A DNA stretch of 64,000 bases from Felis catus (taxonomy: Eukaryota). Each line of letters opens with the position of its first letter. Positions within the stretch are counted from its first letter, which is position 1. The notes beneath the pieces were generated by a model. The model searched no databases, was not told where the DNA came from, and worked only from the letters and a program-made list of their open reading frames with translations. The stretch lies in assembly GCF_018350175.1 (NCBI RefSeq), contig NC_058383.1, positions 13,704,001-13,768,000 on the forward strand, given 5' to 3'. Shown here in pieces: positions 11,917 through 24,200 of the stretch. Made by a program: the position numbers and the translations under genes.

Positions 11917-14434
11917 TCAGTTGAACCTTTTAAAAAAGAGCGAGGACAATGGCACCAGCCTTGGGGGAAAAAAAAATCACTTCCCATCCTGTCCACCCCA
12001 GCGAGGAGTGGTCTGAAATAGGCAGCGCCTGGAGTCCAAGGTCTTGCCCACTCAGGCCATGGCTGTGTTCGCGTGGTCGTTACCCGCTGCTGCTGGAATA
12101 TGCCGTCCCGAGGTCCTTGGCAGCCACACCAAGAACGATTTGGGACCCCGCGACGTGGGGAGACCTCTGAACACTGTCACCACCAGGGTGCCATTTGTGT
12201 GTTTGCAGAGTGTCAAGTAAGCACATTCTTTGTCACCCTCTGACATGACCTCAGGGTTACTTTCTGCGGTTGTTGACAAATTTTTAGACATCCCGGTTTT
12301 ATCAGCGGAAACCTTGAAGAGTGACAAATGTTCTTGGAAGAGTTGGGACATACTATACAATGTCAGCTGGCTCATTTATAACTCGGTGATGTCCAGCGTC
12401 TGAGCCATGCTCTCAGCATGGTCTATAGATAACTCATCCTCATGATGCTCCCCTCTCCCCAAGTCCTTGGTGCAGCTGTTCTGGTTGAAGACCCAGTTGA
12501 CATCTATAATAGATATCCAGTGGAGAACCTCTTATCTTATCACTGTCTGTGTTTCAACGCTGGCGGTCCCCGTGGACCGTCGGGAACAGGCAGCCAGCAC
12601 ATTATGGGAACGGTGACTTGCTAAGTCCCTGTGCCCTGAGGACATTATTAAGTGCTAGGGAACCTTGTTAGCTCATAAAGTCGGTTCAGACCAATTATTG
12701 CCGTGCGACCATTACCGTTGCCAAGAATGTAACTCTTTTAAATTCTTGCCCATAAAGCCGATCTTTCCATTACATGGTATCATAGAACGAGGCTTCTGAT
12801 CTGGCCGCAGTCGTATCCCACTGGCTGCAAAGACTAAACATTGCATTCGCTGCTCGATATTGGTTACCCTTCAGTGCTTCATGGCGGCAGCAAGACTGCT
12901 ATTTATAGATTTACTTTCTGTCTCCCTAGTTCAGCGCAGTCAGTTTTGACACACTGTCCCGGTAATCTGATCAGCCATGCTGCTTTTAAATGAAGGTCTA
13001 GGCCTTGGCCTCCACCGAGTGGGTGACAGCTGTCAGATACAGATAGTAGGCTACAGATCCTGGCTGCTAAAACCCTCTCATTCATTCCTGTTACAGATCA
13101 TTGACCACAGCTTGAAGCCGTGCTTTACAGCCGGCCGATTAGTTGGCAAGAGATCTACATACTGTATTAGCAAGGTCAACCACTGAGATAAAGGCAAAAA
13201 CTTAAACCCCTGCACTATTTTTAAACCAGCGGCCATTTGTTAAAGCTGGTTATTTTGGTACATGTCTCTCTTCCTTTCTCTCTTTTTTTTTTTTTCCCCT
13301 CGCTCAAAACACAACTAAAGAAACGTGTTAGAACTCTTGGTGAGAGTTAAAGGGGATGGTTCAAACGATGAGATGGTTCGCACCTGAGAAGGGTGTGGGG
13401 GTAGGAAACAGAATTAGCCGTGCTCATCCCTTGTTTTAATCAGAAGGTGTTTTGGAGATCTCGGCCCGGGGCTCCCGGATGGAGGTCCAGCCTGCGTGAG
13501 TCCTCTCAGGCCCTAAGAGTGGATTAAACCCTTGCCCGCCCCTACGTCACATGGCCGGTCTTCCTGATGGCTCCCGTCTGCAGAGATTCCCTTCTCTGGG
13601 ATCCTCCCTGCCCCCAGCACCTGCATCTGGGTGTCTGAAGCCTGGCATGTTCCCCCTGCCTCCTGTCAGATTTTCCTAAGGACCCCTTGCACCCTGAGAA
13701 ACCTCTCACCGTAAAAGGGATTCATGGACTTCTATCCCTGCTGTTCTAGAATCAACACAAGTGACCAAACCTTCAATCTTCTCTTTACCCAGCAAAGTGT
13801 CCGCCCACAAAGCCTTGAACTTTGTCAAGTGACGTGTGACTCCCCTCCCCCCCCCCCTCCTACTCCTTCGTTCTCATGGAACGTTCCTCTACCTTCATGA
13901 CAAGCACTTGCCCCTTCCCCTTTTCCTGTTCTCCCTTGACCTCACTACGTGGACCCCACTGGAGTTCCCATTCTTCCTCAAGCCTATGCTGTCTACTCTA
14001 TTTTCCATTTCCTTCCTTCTCTTCTATGAAATTGATGCATCTCTTTGGTGCATTCCCCTCTCCTGTCTGATCTCTCCTCTTTCACTCTGTATTTTGTTGA
14101 CTTACGACTGATTCCAGTTTGCTTAGGGTTCAAGGGCACTCAAGGCCCTTGACCGTGTGTCTCAGTCTACCATCTTGTAATCTTGCCTCCGATCTCATCT
14201 CTCCTCCACCCCTCTACAGTCCACGCCCACATTTACTGAACGTGCCCTTCACTGACAACCCTTTGCTGTCTTTCCTTTTTCGCTCTTCACTCACCCTGGA
14301 GAATCTAGAGAATGACAAGGGTTAGTATACATACTCAGTACATATCTGTAGAATGAGTGCATGAATAAAAGTCAGATGTTTGACATTGCTATCAGTGTTG
14401 ACCCAGACCCTTTGAACTAAAAGGGCAATAAAGA

Positions 14435-14665
14435 TTAGTGGAAAGAGCTTCGGTCTGACCACACACAAACTTGGGATTGAAGTCACTCACCAGAAGTAGG
14501 ACTTGGGGCAGATTACTCTCTGAGACTTGAAGGTCTCTTCTATACTATGAGGCAAATGGTATCAGCTTCAGAAATTCTTAAGAGGATTAAAGGAGAGAAA
14601 TGGAAGTAAAGTGCCCAGCACAGTCCCTAGCAGGTAGAAGGATCTAGAGAGATGTTTGTTAGCCA
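14435..14665 (+). mobile_element. MIR SINE
   Basis: GACTTGGGGCAGATTACT...GAGGATTAAA...GTAAAGTGCCCAGCACAGTCCCTAGCA. Confidence 0.7.
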
Positions 14666-17600
14666 GGTGGCCTTGCAACACCCACTCCCCGAAATGTTCA
14701 CCTTTGGAAAGCAGGACTCTTTCGGTGGAAGAGAGGAGGCCGGGTTTCCTGACTTTTTTTTGTAATAAACAGGGGATGTTGAAACAGACTTCGGTCCACA
14801 AAAGGTGACTCCCAGTCACGTTCTTGGCTTCCTGCTCAGGGAGTCAGTGTGGGAACGGACTTTCCCAGTTCCCACCTGGAGCTGGGATACTTCAGCCGGC
14901 AGGGAGGAGGCTTGGGGAAGTCTCAGCGGGGCTGGCGTGGGGTGTGCGAGGGGAACGCGTATCAGCCCTGGGACCCGACCGCACAGGCCTCTGCTCCAGA
15001 CGCGGCTTTGCTAGGGGTGAGGCTACAGCCCGAGACGCTCTTCTTGCCTCTGCAGGGTCTAGCAGCCATCACGGTGGTGGGATTTGGAAGGAGCCTGATC
15101 CTGTTAGGACTGAGGGAAAAGGACTGGGGGCCATGCAGAGCGGATGCGTGAAGTGAGTGGGGCGGCCATGGCGATTTTACTGGTTTTTTCTTGTTGCGAG
15201 TTCAGGTCCCGTGGAATCCTCCGGCCCGGCTGTGGCTCCGAGCGAAGAGACGGCGCATTGGGCACGTGTGATGCCAGGCATGTGACGTGATCCCCGGCGC
15301 CCGCCGGTGCGGATGAGGTGGGAGGGAGGCGGAGGAGGGGCATACTCATGTTTCAGGAGGGGATATGCAGGATCACCTTTGTGGGTGGAAAAGAGCGAGG
15401 TCCTGAAACGTGCTTTTAATGAATTCCTTACACGCTGTTGAAATGGCAGCGATCATAATAGCTTATTTCATGTGCCTTTGAAGGGTTCCAGCAAATTGAG
15501 TCTAAGAAAGGCAGGGTGTGGGGGGGAGGGCAAGGTGGGGGGGGAGCAAGTGAAATATTACTACTTAAAACATATTCCTAGACATAATAAAGCATCACAG
15601 TGAAAATATTGTTGAGACAGCTTTCATTATGCATGTTCCAGGCCTCATTATGGAATAAGCAGAAGTGAATGTGCAGCCGGGGCCTGACAATATCTGCACT
15701 GAATTCCTATTATGTAAGAAAGGCTTTCTAGTCCCTGCCAGTGTCGGGATGTGGTGGTTGGTTTTCAATAAAGGTCAGAATCGGTGCCATACTGAATAGC
15801 GCTAAAAGTGTGTTTCATTCTTTTGTAGGCCACGGGCACTGTTGGGGATTGATCTGAAAATCTGGTCTGTTGCAGGCCTTTGCTCTCAAGGGAGATTAAT
15901 ATTTTAGCTATTCCTTTTTGTTCAGTGCTTCTAAATGTATTTGGAATGAAAAGAAAGGTTAAAGAGGGGCTCTGGGACGGCGAGCTTCAGAGACTAGATC
16001 ATTTCATGAAGGGAAATCAATTAAAAAAGGTTGACTGTGAACATTTATCCATTTAGCTCAGCCACTATTGAATTTTCATGATGGACTTCGACTCTTCGGA
16101 GAGAACGGAGCTAATGGCAATTGTTCCTTTCTCCTCAAAATTTATTATCTAGTTTATTCAATGGAAAACACTCCATCAAACTAGATAGAGGCCTTAGGCC
16201 TATTGATAGATTTGCCTGTGTGGGGTTGGAATGGGGAGGTTTGTCACAGATGTCCGGCCTTTGAAGGAAAATTAAACAAGTATCTCATTACAGAATGCTT
16301 CACTGGTCCCTGGAGGTGGCCGCAGACGCAGTGGATTTAATGAGCTGGGAACGTCAATGCTGCCAAAGTTTTCCTCGACCTGTCTTTCTGAAGAACCCCT
16401 CTATTTAGGCCCACTCAAGCAAAGGAGAAAGGCACCATGCTGTTTTCTCCCTTTCAACTCCAAAGAAGGGGATAATGCACTTTTTGTGCCATGCATCCAG
16501 AGGAATTATGTGTGCTAATTTGATTAGGGGAGATTTGATTAACTGGAAAATGAGGGCTTTGCTAAGACTTTCACACGCTTAATTTAGCCCTTGCAAAGCA
16601 GACGCAACGTTGTGTCATGAAACTCAGAAGGCATATGGGAACAGTATTCAGTGGTTCGACGGCCTTTCAGACCCAACAATATCAAGGATTGCCACGGTTC
16701 ATATTGGGATAATCATTTTAGAGCATTCGCTTTGCTGCAGAATACAAATTGCATTTGGCATTCCAGTTAAACGGTTCAAAGGATAATGAGATTAATATAG
16801 TAGGAAACTTAGCTGAGCAAAAGCTTTTTTTTTTTTTTTTTTTTTTAACACCATTGCGTAACTAGTTTCAAGGGAAACTTAGTTGAAAAATGCCCCTGGT
16901 TTTCTCCCAAGAATTCATTATGCTTCGTGGTTCCGTACACCCCTGGTCTTTCTTGGTTTAAAGTAAAAAAAAAAAAAAAAAAAAGGAAAAAAACCTCTTC
17001 CATCATCAAAATCTCCCTGAACTTTGGGGAATGATATGATTGTTTAAGCGAAGATGGGGTTTTTTTTTTGATGCACTGAAGTACCCCCTTTCTCCATGAA
17101 ATGTAGGAGCATTAGCTTGGTTGTGGACCTGGGAGGCCTGGAGGAGAGATCGTGGCTTTACTGGTGTTTTCCATTTTCTTTAGGATGTGCTTGAGCGATG
17201 GAATGTGCAGCCAAGAAATAGTCCTGTCCCCCCAATGCCAAGGCCGTTTGGGAATTACCAACAAACTCTTCAACACCTGACATTCCTAAGGGCTTATGTA
17301 AGGAGGCATCATTCCCTTACTTTCCCAGGAGTATATATTAAAAAGAGAGAGAGAGACACCAGCAATACCAATCTCTGCCAACATCTGAAAAAAGATTTTT
17401 TTTAAAGGCATTCAGTGTTTAGAGGACACCTGAAATGGCCCTGCGGGGAGAGCTCTGGGCTCCATATGCCAATAGTCTTTTAATACAGTCCCTTGGAGTT
17501 TCCGCCCCAAAGTCTTTTCCCAAAGATCTCCTTGCCCTGGATGATTGGTCACTTCTCTCTAGCCCTGGGCGCTGTCTCCACTGTGCCCTTTATTTACAGG

Positions 17601-19926
17601 CAGATTTTGCCCTCTCTCTACTTGGACATGCTTAATGCAGGCAGTTGTTGACCCCCCGTTTTGCTGTTAGCACCAGAAATTTGGGCTTTTCCATGAAAAT
17701 CAATCAATCAGTCCGTCAGTTAAGTGCGCACGCGTGCTGGGTTTTCGCTTTAACGCAGGCAGGGTTTAACTTTCCTGGTGAATTAGGACTGCCTCCTGCC
17801 ATTCTCCGTTGGCTTGCTGCACTGCAGAAAACTATAAAAGGAGCCACTAACTAGGGCAGACCGCTGACCCGATTTGGACAGAGCGTCTTTGTTTCAGCTG
17901 GACCTGGGGGTTTAAATCTTAGGTCTGTTGTCGGGGTGGGGGTGGGGTCCTCTCCGCCGCCCCCCCCCCCCCCGCCTCTCCCACCATCTCTGTAGGAGGG
18001 GAAATCCCCCCGCCCCCCACCACCTGATCACCCATTCTCACTTTGGGATTAGCCGGAGACGGAAAGGAGGGGCTGTCTGTTTGCTTGTTGCTTTCCTGCC
18101 GTAGTAGTTGCGTTGGGTCAGGCCCGACTTTTCCTTGGGAAACAGACCCCTGCCACTTTAAGTGGAGTTGCTGGGTAATCGTTCCGCTCGGTTGCATAAC
18201 CAGAAAGGGATGTGTCAGTACTGGGACCTGCAGACAGCGAAGGCTTCATTAAAACGCTCGCGGAGACCTGGACAGATGAGTGGTCTCCAGTTGGAGTTCT
18301 TTCCATCTTCCCCATCTGTTCGCTGCAGTTTTAATTAAATCTACTGAGATTATTTTTGGCCTTCTCCAAGAACAGAAAGCCAGCCTGTGCCAATGTCCAC
18401 TCGTTTCTGTGCTTTACTGCCAGCCACTAATGAGCAGGCACATGGGGCATCGCCGCCTGTGTGCACCCCCTCCCTCTGCCAGCCATCATGAGTTGCTAAT
18501 AGGGTAGGAACCAAAAGTGCCAAGCCCAGGCCTCTCCACCTTCCCCCGCCCGCACCCCCACCCTCGGCCCCACCTTGGTACTAAAGAAAGCCAGCTAATG
18601 AATGATTCCACTTGTGGTTAGCCAGCTAATGGAAATGACAGGCTTCAAATAACCTTAAAGCGTGCAGCCCGATGCTTGTCTGTCTGATCAGGGCCCTTCC
18701 GCTGGCACCTGACACTTTCAATACCATAATGGCATTCACATGCATTCTTTTTGAATTCTGTCATATAGCAAGACCTTTCTTCTCTGCGTTCGCTGGGAGG
18801 ATGCCTGGCAAAGCTATTAAGACTGTGATGGAAATGACAGTTAACTGCGGGCCTGTCAGTCCCACTTTGGAAGTCAGCACATCCTTATACCCATTAGGAG
18901 CGCATCATGGGAACTTCAGAAATAACCTGCCGTAATCTACTGTTGGGTTGTTCCACGCCTGCTAACATACCACCCAGCACACTCGCCGACAGTCCTGCCC
19001 TGCCTCTCATTAAGGGCTTGGTCCGTCGATGTTTGGTAGAGACTTTATTTTAAAATTTCGGATCAGGGGGGTAGTAATTGCTCTCGCAGAAAGGCGGTAT
19101 CGCTGTCCCCCGCCGGTTGGTAGATGGTCGTTCTTCACGTAGATGGTCAGTGCTTCACAGATGTAGGAGGCCCCCGTTAGTTGGATTGTCAACAGAAGCT
19201 GTGTCTCGAGATCCAGATCCCTAACTGGCCTCCTAGGTTTCCAAAGGAGACTGTAGACAGACGCATGTCATTTTTATTCCCAGCGGAGTCTTCGGTCCCA
19301 AATTCAAGTCTAATCCCCTGTTGGACCGTGAGAAAGCCTCAGGGGCCACTCTTGCCCCAGGCTCCAAGGCCTGGACTGGACGCCAGCCTGAGTGGCCGGC
19401 TTTCCTCTGGGCCTCCTGAGATGAAAACAATGAAGTGGGTCCAAAGAGAGGGATGCAGGAGGTCTCCAGAGGGAGGTCCTGCCCTGGCTCAGGCTCTACA
19501 ACAGGGACCCTTTTGTCTGGCCTTGAAGATGCCATCTCATCCTTGGTCCGTAGCAGCATTTCCATTTGGGGAGTGAAAAAGGGATGTTGTAGAGCTTACC
19601 AGTTAGAAGTTTGGACTGACAGCCTTTAGAGTCTTGGTTTGTCCACGTATTCAACGGGGCTGTCAGGGCACACCTTTCCACTTCCAGCTGGCGATTGAGA
19701 ATTGAAGCCTTCCAGGTAATTACCAGGAGAACGCCTTTCAGACTCCCTGCCATCCAGTAGCTCTCAAAACTGTGCTGAGAGAAACGTTTGGGGAAGATTC
19801 TATCAAGATATGCAGCCCTTTTCCGCTAGATTGGCATTTCTCTGAAATGTTTCCTGGAATAATTTGCCTGTCAGATATTAATAGACGTCCCTAGGATAAA
19901 GGATTTTGTTTAGAATGATTGAGTCA

Positions 19927-20030
19927 GGGGCCCCTGGCTGGCTCCGCCGGTGGAGTGGGCAACTCTTGATCTCGGGGTTGTAAGTTTGAGCCCTGTGTTG
20001 AGCGCAGAGATTGCTTAAAAACAAAATCTT
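19927..20030 (+). mobile_element. Short Can-SINE variant (tRNA-like body, no CT tract)
   Basis: GGGGCCCCTGGCTGGCTC...CTCTTGATCTCGGGGTTGTAAGTTTGAGCCC...AAAATCTT; TSD AGAATGATTGAGT (19912) / AGAATTATTGAGT (20032). Confidence 0.9.
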
Positions 20031-21099
20031 CAGAATTATTGAGTTCAATCAAATTAAGCAAACTCATTGGGGGGGGGGGGGCGGTGGGCACGGTAATGGT
20101 GTGCTGTGTTCACCAAACAGGTTTGACCTTAGAATTACCTGTTAACACTCCATAGGTCCCTTGGGCTCTACAGTTTGGGAAATATTACTACACGCCCTCT
20201 GGAGTAAGCCAGAGGACCAGAGAGTGAACCCGCACTGCTTTGCAATGGCAGGTGGCGCCGGGAGCCCTGCAGAGACCGTAAGAGCCCCGTGAAACCCATT
20301 CATTGCCTGGCCTCTTACATGAATGCGGCGAAATGTTAACAGCGCACATCGTGGGTTGTTTTCTTCACGTAGACCCTCGGGAGAAATAACGCTCTGGTTG
20401 CCGAGTCAGGAAGAGTTGGACTTCTGAACAGCTGCCTTCTCGGTGTCCTGTGTCCTCTGTGTCCCGGAGACTGCGCAACCGAGTAGATCTCCCTCTTCCC
20501 GGTGGCTGCCGAAGTCTAGAGCCGGCTTTGTGGCCCTCTCGGTGTACGTGGCGAGTGGCTGGCGGACAAACCTCATTTCTTACCGCTGTTGTCCCTCCCT
20601 ACCTTGTTTCTTCGTCCTTCTCCTCCACCAAAACTTTCTAAAGGATTTTTCTTGTCATTATCTTTTAAAGCTGCCTTAAATCCTTTTAGGTCCAAGGCAA
20701 AGCAAACGATACAGCGCATTAGCTGTTGCCACTCTGGCCACCTCACTGAACCGAGACTCAACTTGTCTGGCGCTTTGGACTTGTCAACAAGGATGCTGCG
20801 CAGTTGACGGAGCGCCACAGCTGTGGCGAGAGTTAGTTACTTAGCTCAAGGGCAGACAGTGTTTTTGGCTCTGGAGACTCTCGAGCATGGCAGTCCTTGT
20901 TTTTGCGTTTCTCCAGTCATTGGAGCCATGAAAACAATTCCTAAGCCATGTTTTCCATTTTTTCCCCTCTCTGGCAAGCTCCTAAAACCTTCTCGTCCAT
21001 ATGTGTTTTATCCTCGGTAGACTCCTAGTGGGCTGGGAAAATAATTTACAGAAGATTCCCTAGAAATTTCGGGCTAAAAAGGGCCTTAAAGCTCATCTA

Positions 21100-21270
21100 G
21101 GCCTGGGCTGGCTGATGGGTTTCCGTTGTGCTATTTCTAGTGTTTGGTGGCTGCCTGGAGAGCCATGTAGGGAGCTCTGGGCCAAGAAGGAACAAATGGC
21201 TGGATTGATTGGTGACATCTGCCATGAATGTGGCATGAGTAAGAGCACTATGCATTTTCTGTCCCCAGTG
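21100..21270. mobile_element. Possible old hAT MER fragment inside a MIR remnant
   Basis: GGTGGCTGCCTGGAG...GATTGATTGGTGACATCTGCCATG resembles a recalled MER consensus. Confidence 0.35.
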
Positions 21271-24200
21271 TCTCTCGGTTAACAGATGAAGTTACCTTAG
21301 ATGGAGATGCCACTAGAAATCGAGCGTCCTCACTCTGAGTCCGGGACTCCTTGTAGCCCGTCTCGCCGAAATAATTCTTTTTCTTCCAACTATACAGATA
21401 GTAAACTAGAGCACTGAAAAATTAAGCTAGTGGCAGACTGGTCATGGAATTCATTAGAAAACACGGAGCCTTCTTCTTTACTCTTTTTTCCAAGTTCTGA
21501 TAGAGTTAAGAAATGAGGCCAGTCCATAGGTAGACCTCACCAAGCTGTTCTTGTCCACAGCCAGCCATATTAGCTTCATTTCTGGTTCTTTTTTCAAATG
21601 AAGCCTATCTGTTGTATTGAAACATACCCTCCAGGAAGTGATTTTCCCCTGGGTGCTTATTCGGCCGAAGATGCTGTTGGCCAAAGCCAGACTAACAAAT
21701 TTAAGACTCCTAAGGTATGTTCTCTTCTCTTAGAAAAAAAGAAAACATAGGGAGGGACATTTTAGAAAAATCAGATTGGGCAACTCTGCTATCTCAGTAT
21801 GCAATGCTGATCAATGTCACATTAGCAAATATTAATCCTTCCAAATAATAATTCAGATATAATTGAGTTTGGCTCCTAAGGATTTTTTTCTTGAAACAGT
21901 GGAATTCTTTTCCCTGAGCAATTTGCTAATAAAAAAATTGGTGCCATCGTATTTCTTCCTCTTTGCCTTCCCGCCTCAGAAATCAGATTAGCGGTGTCGT
22001 CCCCACGTTTACTGACGGAACGTTCCATCACACCTTCCTAAGTGTCGAGTTTCAAGTGTCCTATGAGTTTCAAGTGTCCAGAGATAGGACAGAATAGGTG
22101 CAATTAATACATTGTTTTCTTCAAGCTTTGCTTCCAACGGTCTGTAGACTGCTTTCTCCTGACGTGAGTCAAGCTACTGCATGTGAGGGAATCCATCTTG
22201 GAGCGCTTTCTCCATTCAGGCTTAGGCGACTGAATTCACAGCTCCACTGCTTTAGTGCCTCGTTTGTCACTTTGTTGAGGAGAGGCTTTTTTGGACCCGC
22301 TTCAGTGGGAGACTGGCCGGAGTGAGAAGTGGGAGGCATCTGCTCAGAGCTGCTATGTTGTCCCCTCTTCAGACATGATTGATACTCAGCCTGGAGGAGA
22401 GAGGCACAAGATAACAAGCGTGCTGCCGGGAAGCGGTTGGTGTCGGCAGGGCAGACTCGGAGATGCTTCCCTCCCCAGCATACAGGCCCCCAAGGAACCG
22501 ACCATGTCAGGGCCTCGGGTATCCACAACTCAGCGCCTTCGAACATAACCAGCACCGGCTCCGTGGAGCCATACTTCTCAAAAACGCACTGGGCCTCAAA
22601 GAAAACTTCCATCTCTTAGCTGCCGGCAGCCCAGGGCCAATTACGGTGAGCATACTTGACAGTTTAGTTCTAGCAACCCCCGAAACAGTGGAGTTTCAGT
22701 GCTGGAAGCCAGGCTGGTTTCGTACTGACCTTAAGCTATGCAGATGCGCCCTGAGCGGTTGCTGGGCTGCCGGCTGAATGGGAATGGGGTAGTTGTGCGC
22801 GCCCCGGCGTCATTGACATTCCAGGAGGGTGCTTCCTGCCCGCCTCCCCCCTCACCAGGTGCCACATCTCCTATTAGTTCTTCGGGAAGGAAGGCAGGTC
22901 AGAAAGGTGGAGGAAGTGGGTCAGAAAGAGGGCAGTCTCTAATGGAGTGGGGGATGCCTATTTATTTGCTGGGAGGAATTCTCTCCTATGGAAAAAGGGT
23001 TCCAGACGAAGGCGTAGGATACAAGCCTTACCTCTGAAGGTGCTCAGGCCATTAGGGCTATACCTGCAGGTCTTCTGTCTGTTGACCTTTTGCTCTCCGG
23101 CCAAGCACACCAGGCTCCCTGGAGGATTGCTTGGGTTGTGGGGAGAGTCGGGTTATGTTCTAATTGAAGAATAAATTTCTTCTTGAGAAAACGGGAACCC
23201 TCAAACCTTCAAGGCAATGGGAGAGCAAAGAGACGTTCCAGTGTCTCGGCCCGAAACAGGGGGGTCTAGCTAGGATTGATACAGTACCGCAGACTCTGTG
23301 GACAGGCTTCGCAGGGCCCAGGATTCCCGTCAAAATGTATCTGAAGTTTTATTTGAGCACTTGGACCTTGGCCTCAGAAGAGGGTCCCTCGCCGTCATCA
23401 GACTTTCAAGTAGCTCTGTAACGGCCACAGGGAAAGTCCGGATTCCCTGGGCCGGCAAGGACAGATATTGCACAAGTCCTCATGAGGTCATGCCCCCTTG
23501 TGTTCGTCATCCTGACCCCCTTCACCCCAGCCAAACCCGAGCTATGACCCACCAACCCACCAACGTGGACCCCGAGTCCCAGGGAGCTACATTCTCATCC
23601 AGCGAAGGTTTGAGGAACCTTCCACACGTGCAAAAGAGACTTCACGATCACTTTTATTGCGTCTTGGTTCAGGCAATCTTTTTTTTTTTTTTTTTTTTTT
23701 GAAGCCCTTATAATTTATATTGTTCATACAGTTAAACGTGTCCACCTTAAAGCTCTCCATTCCGTTTTTCATCCCTTGGTCAAAGGCGGGGCCAAAATTG
23801 CGCTTTTGGCCTGTGTGCAGGAACATGGGCTTTTACACAGAATAACGCGATCAGGATTCCAGAGCTCGTCAGACCCAACCCACTTCTTTTACCGTGTGGA
23901 GGCCCACGATGTGAAGTGGCTTTCTCAAAGCCCCACATCTAGCTGTTAGTAGAGGCGATGAATTATGCCATCCTCTGTTTGGATCAAAGAAAGGAATACA
24001 CTGAATTAATGGAATTTTTACAAAGCTGGGGGTTTTCCTTAACGGTCATCCTTAAGAGAAGGCGCAGTGTGGTTGTGTGGAGATGTCACGAAAGTCCATC
24101 TTCTTGGCCTTTTTGAGACTCGTCTCCTCCCCGCACCTCTTGCCCTTGCTACCCCGTCTCCCCCAGCCCCCCATCCTCCTTATCAAGCTGAGTGTACAGA

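Noticed and set aside
19927..20030. tRNA gene
   Set aside because: tRNA-derived SINE with an A-rich tail and TSD; no intact cloverleaf evident
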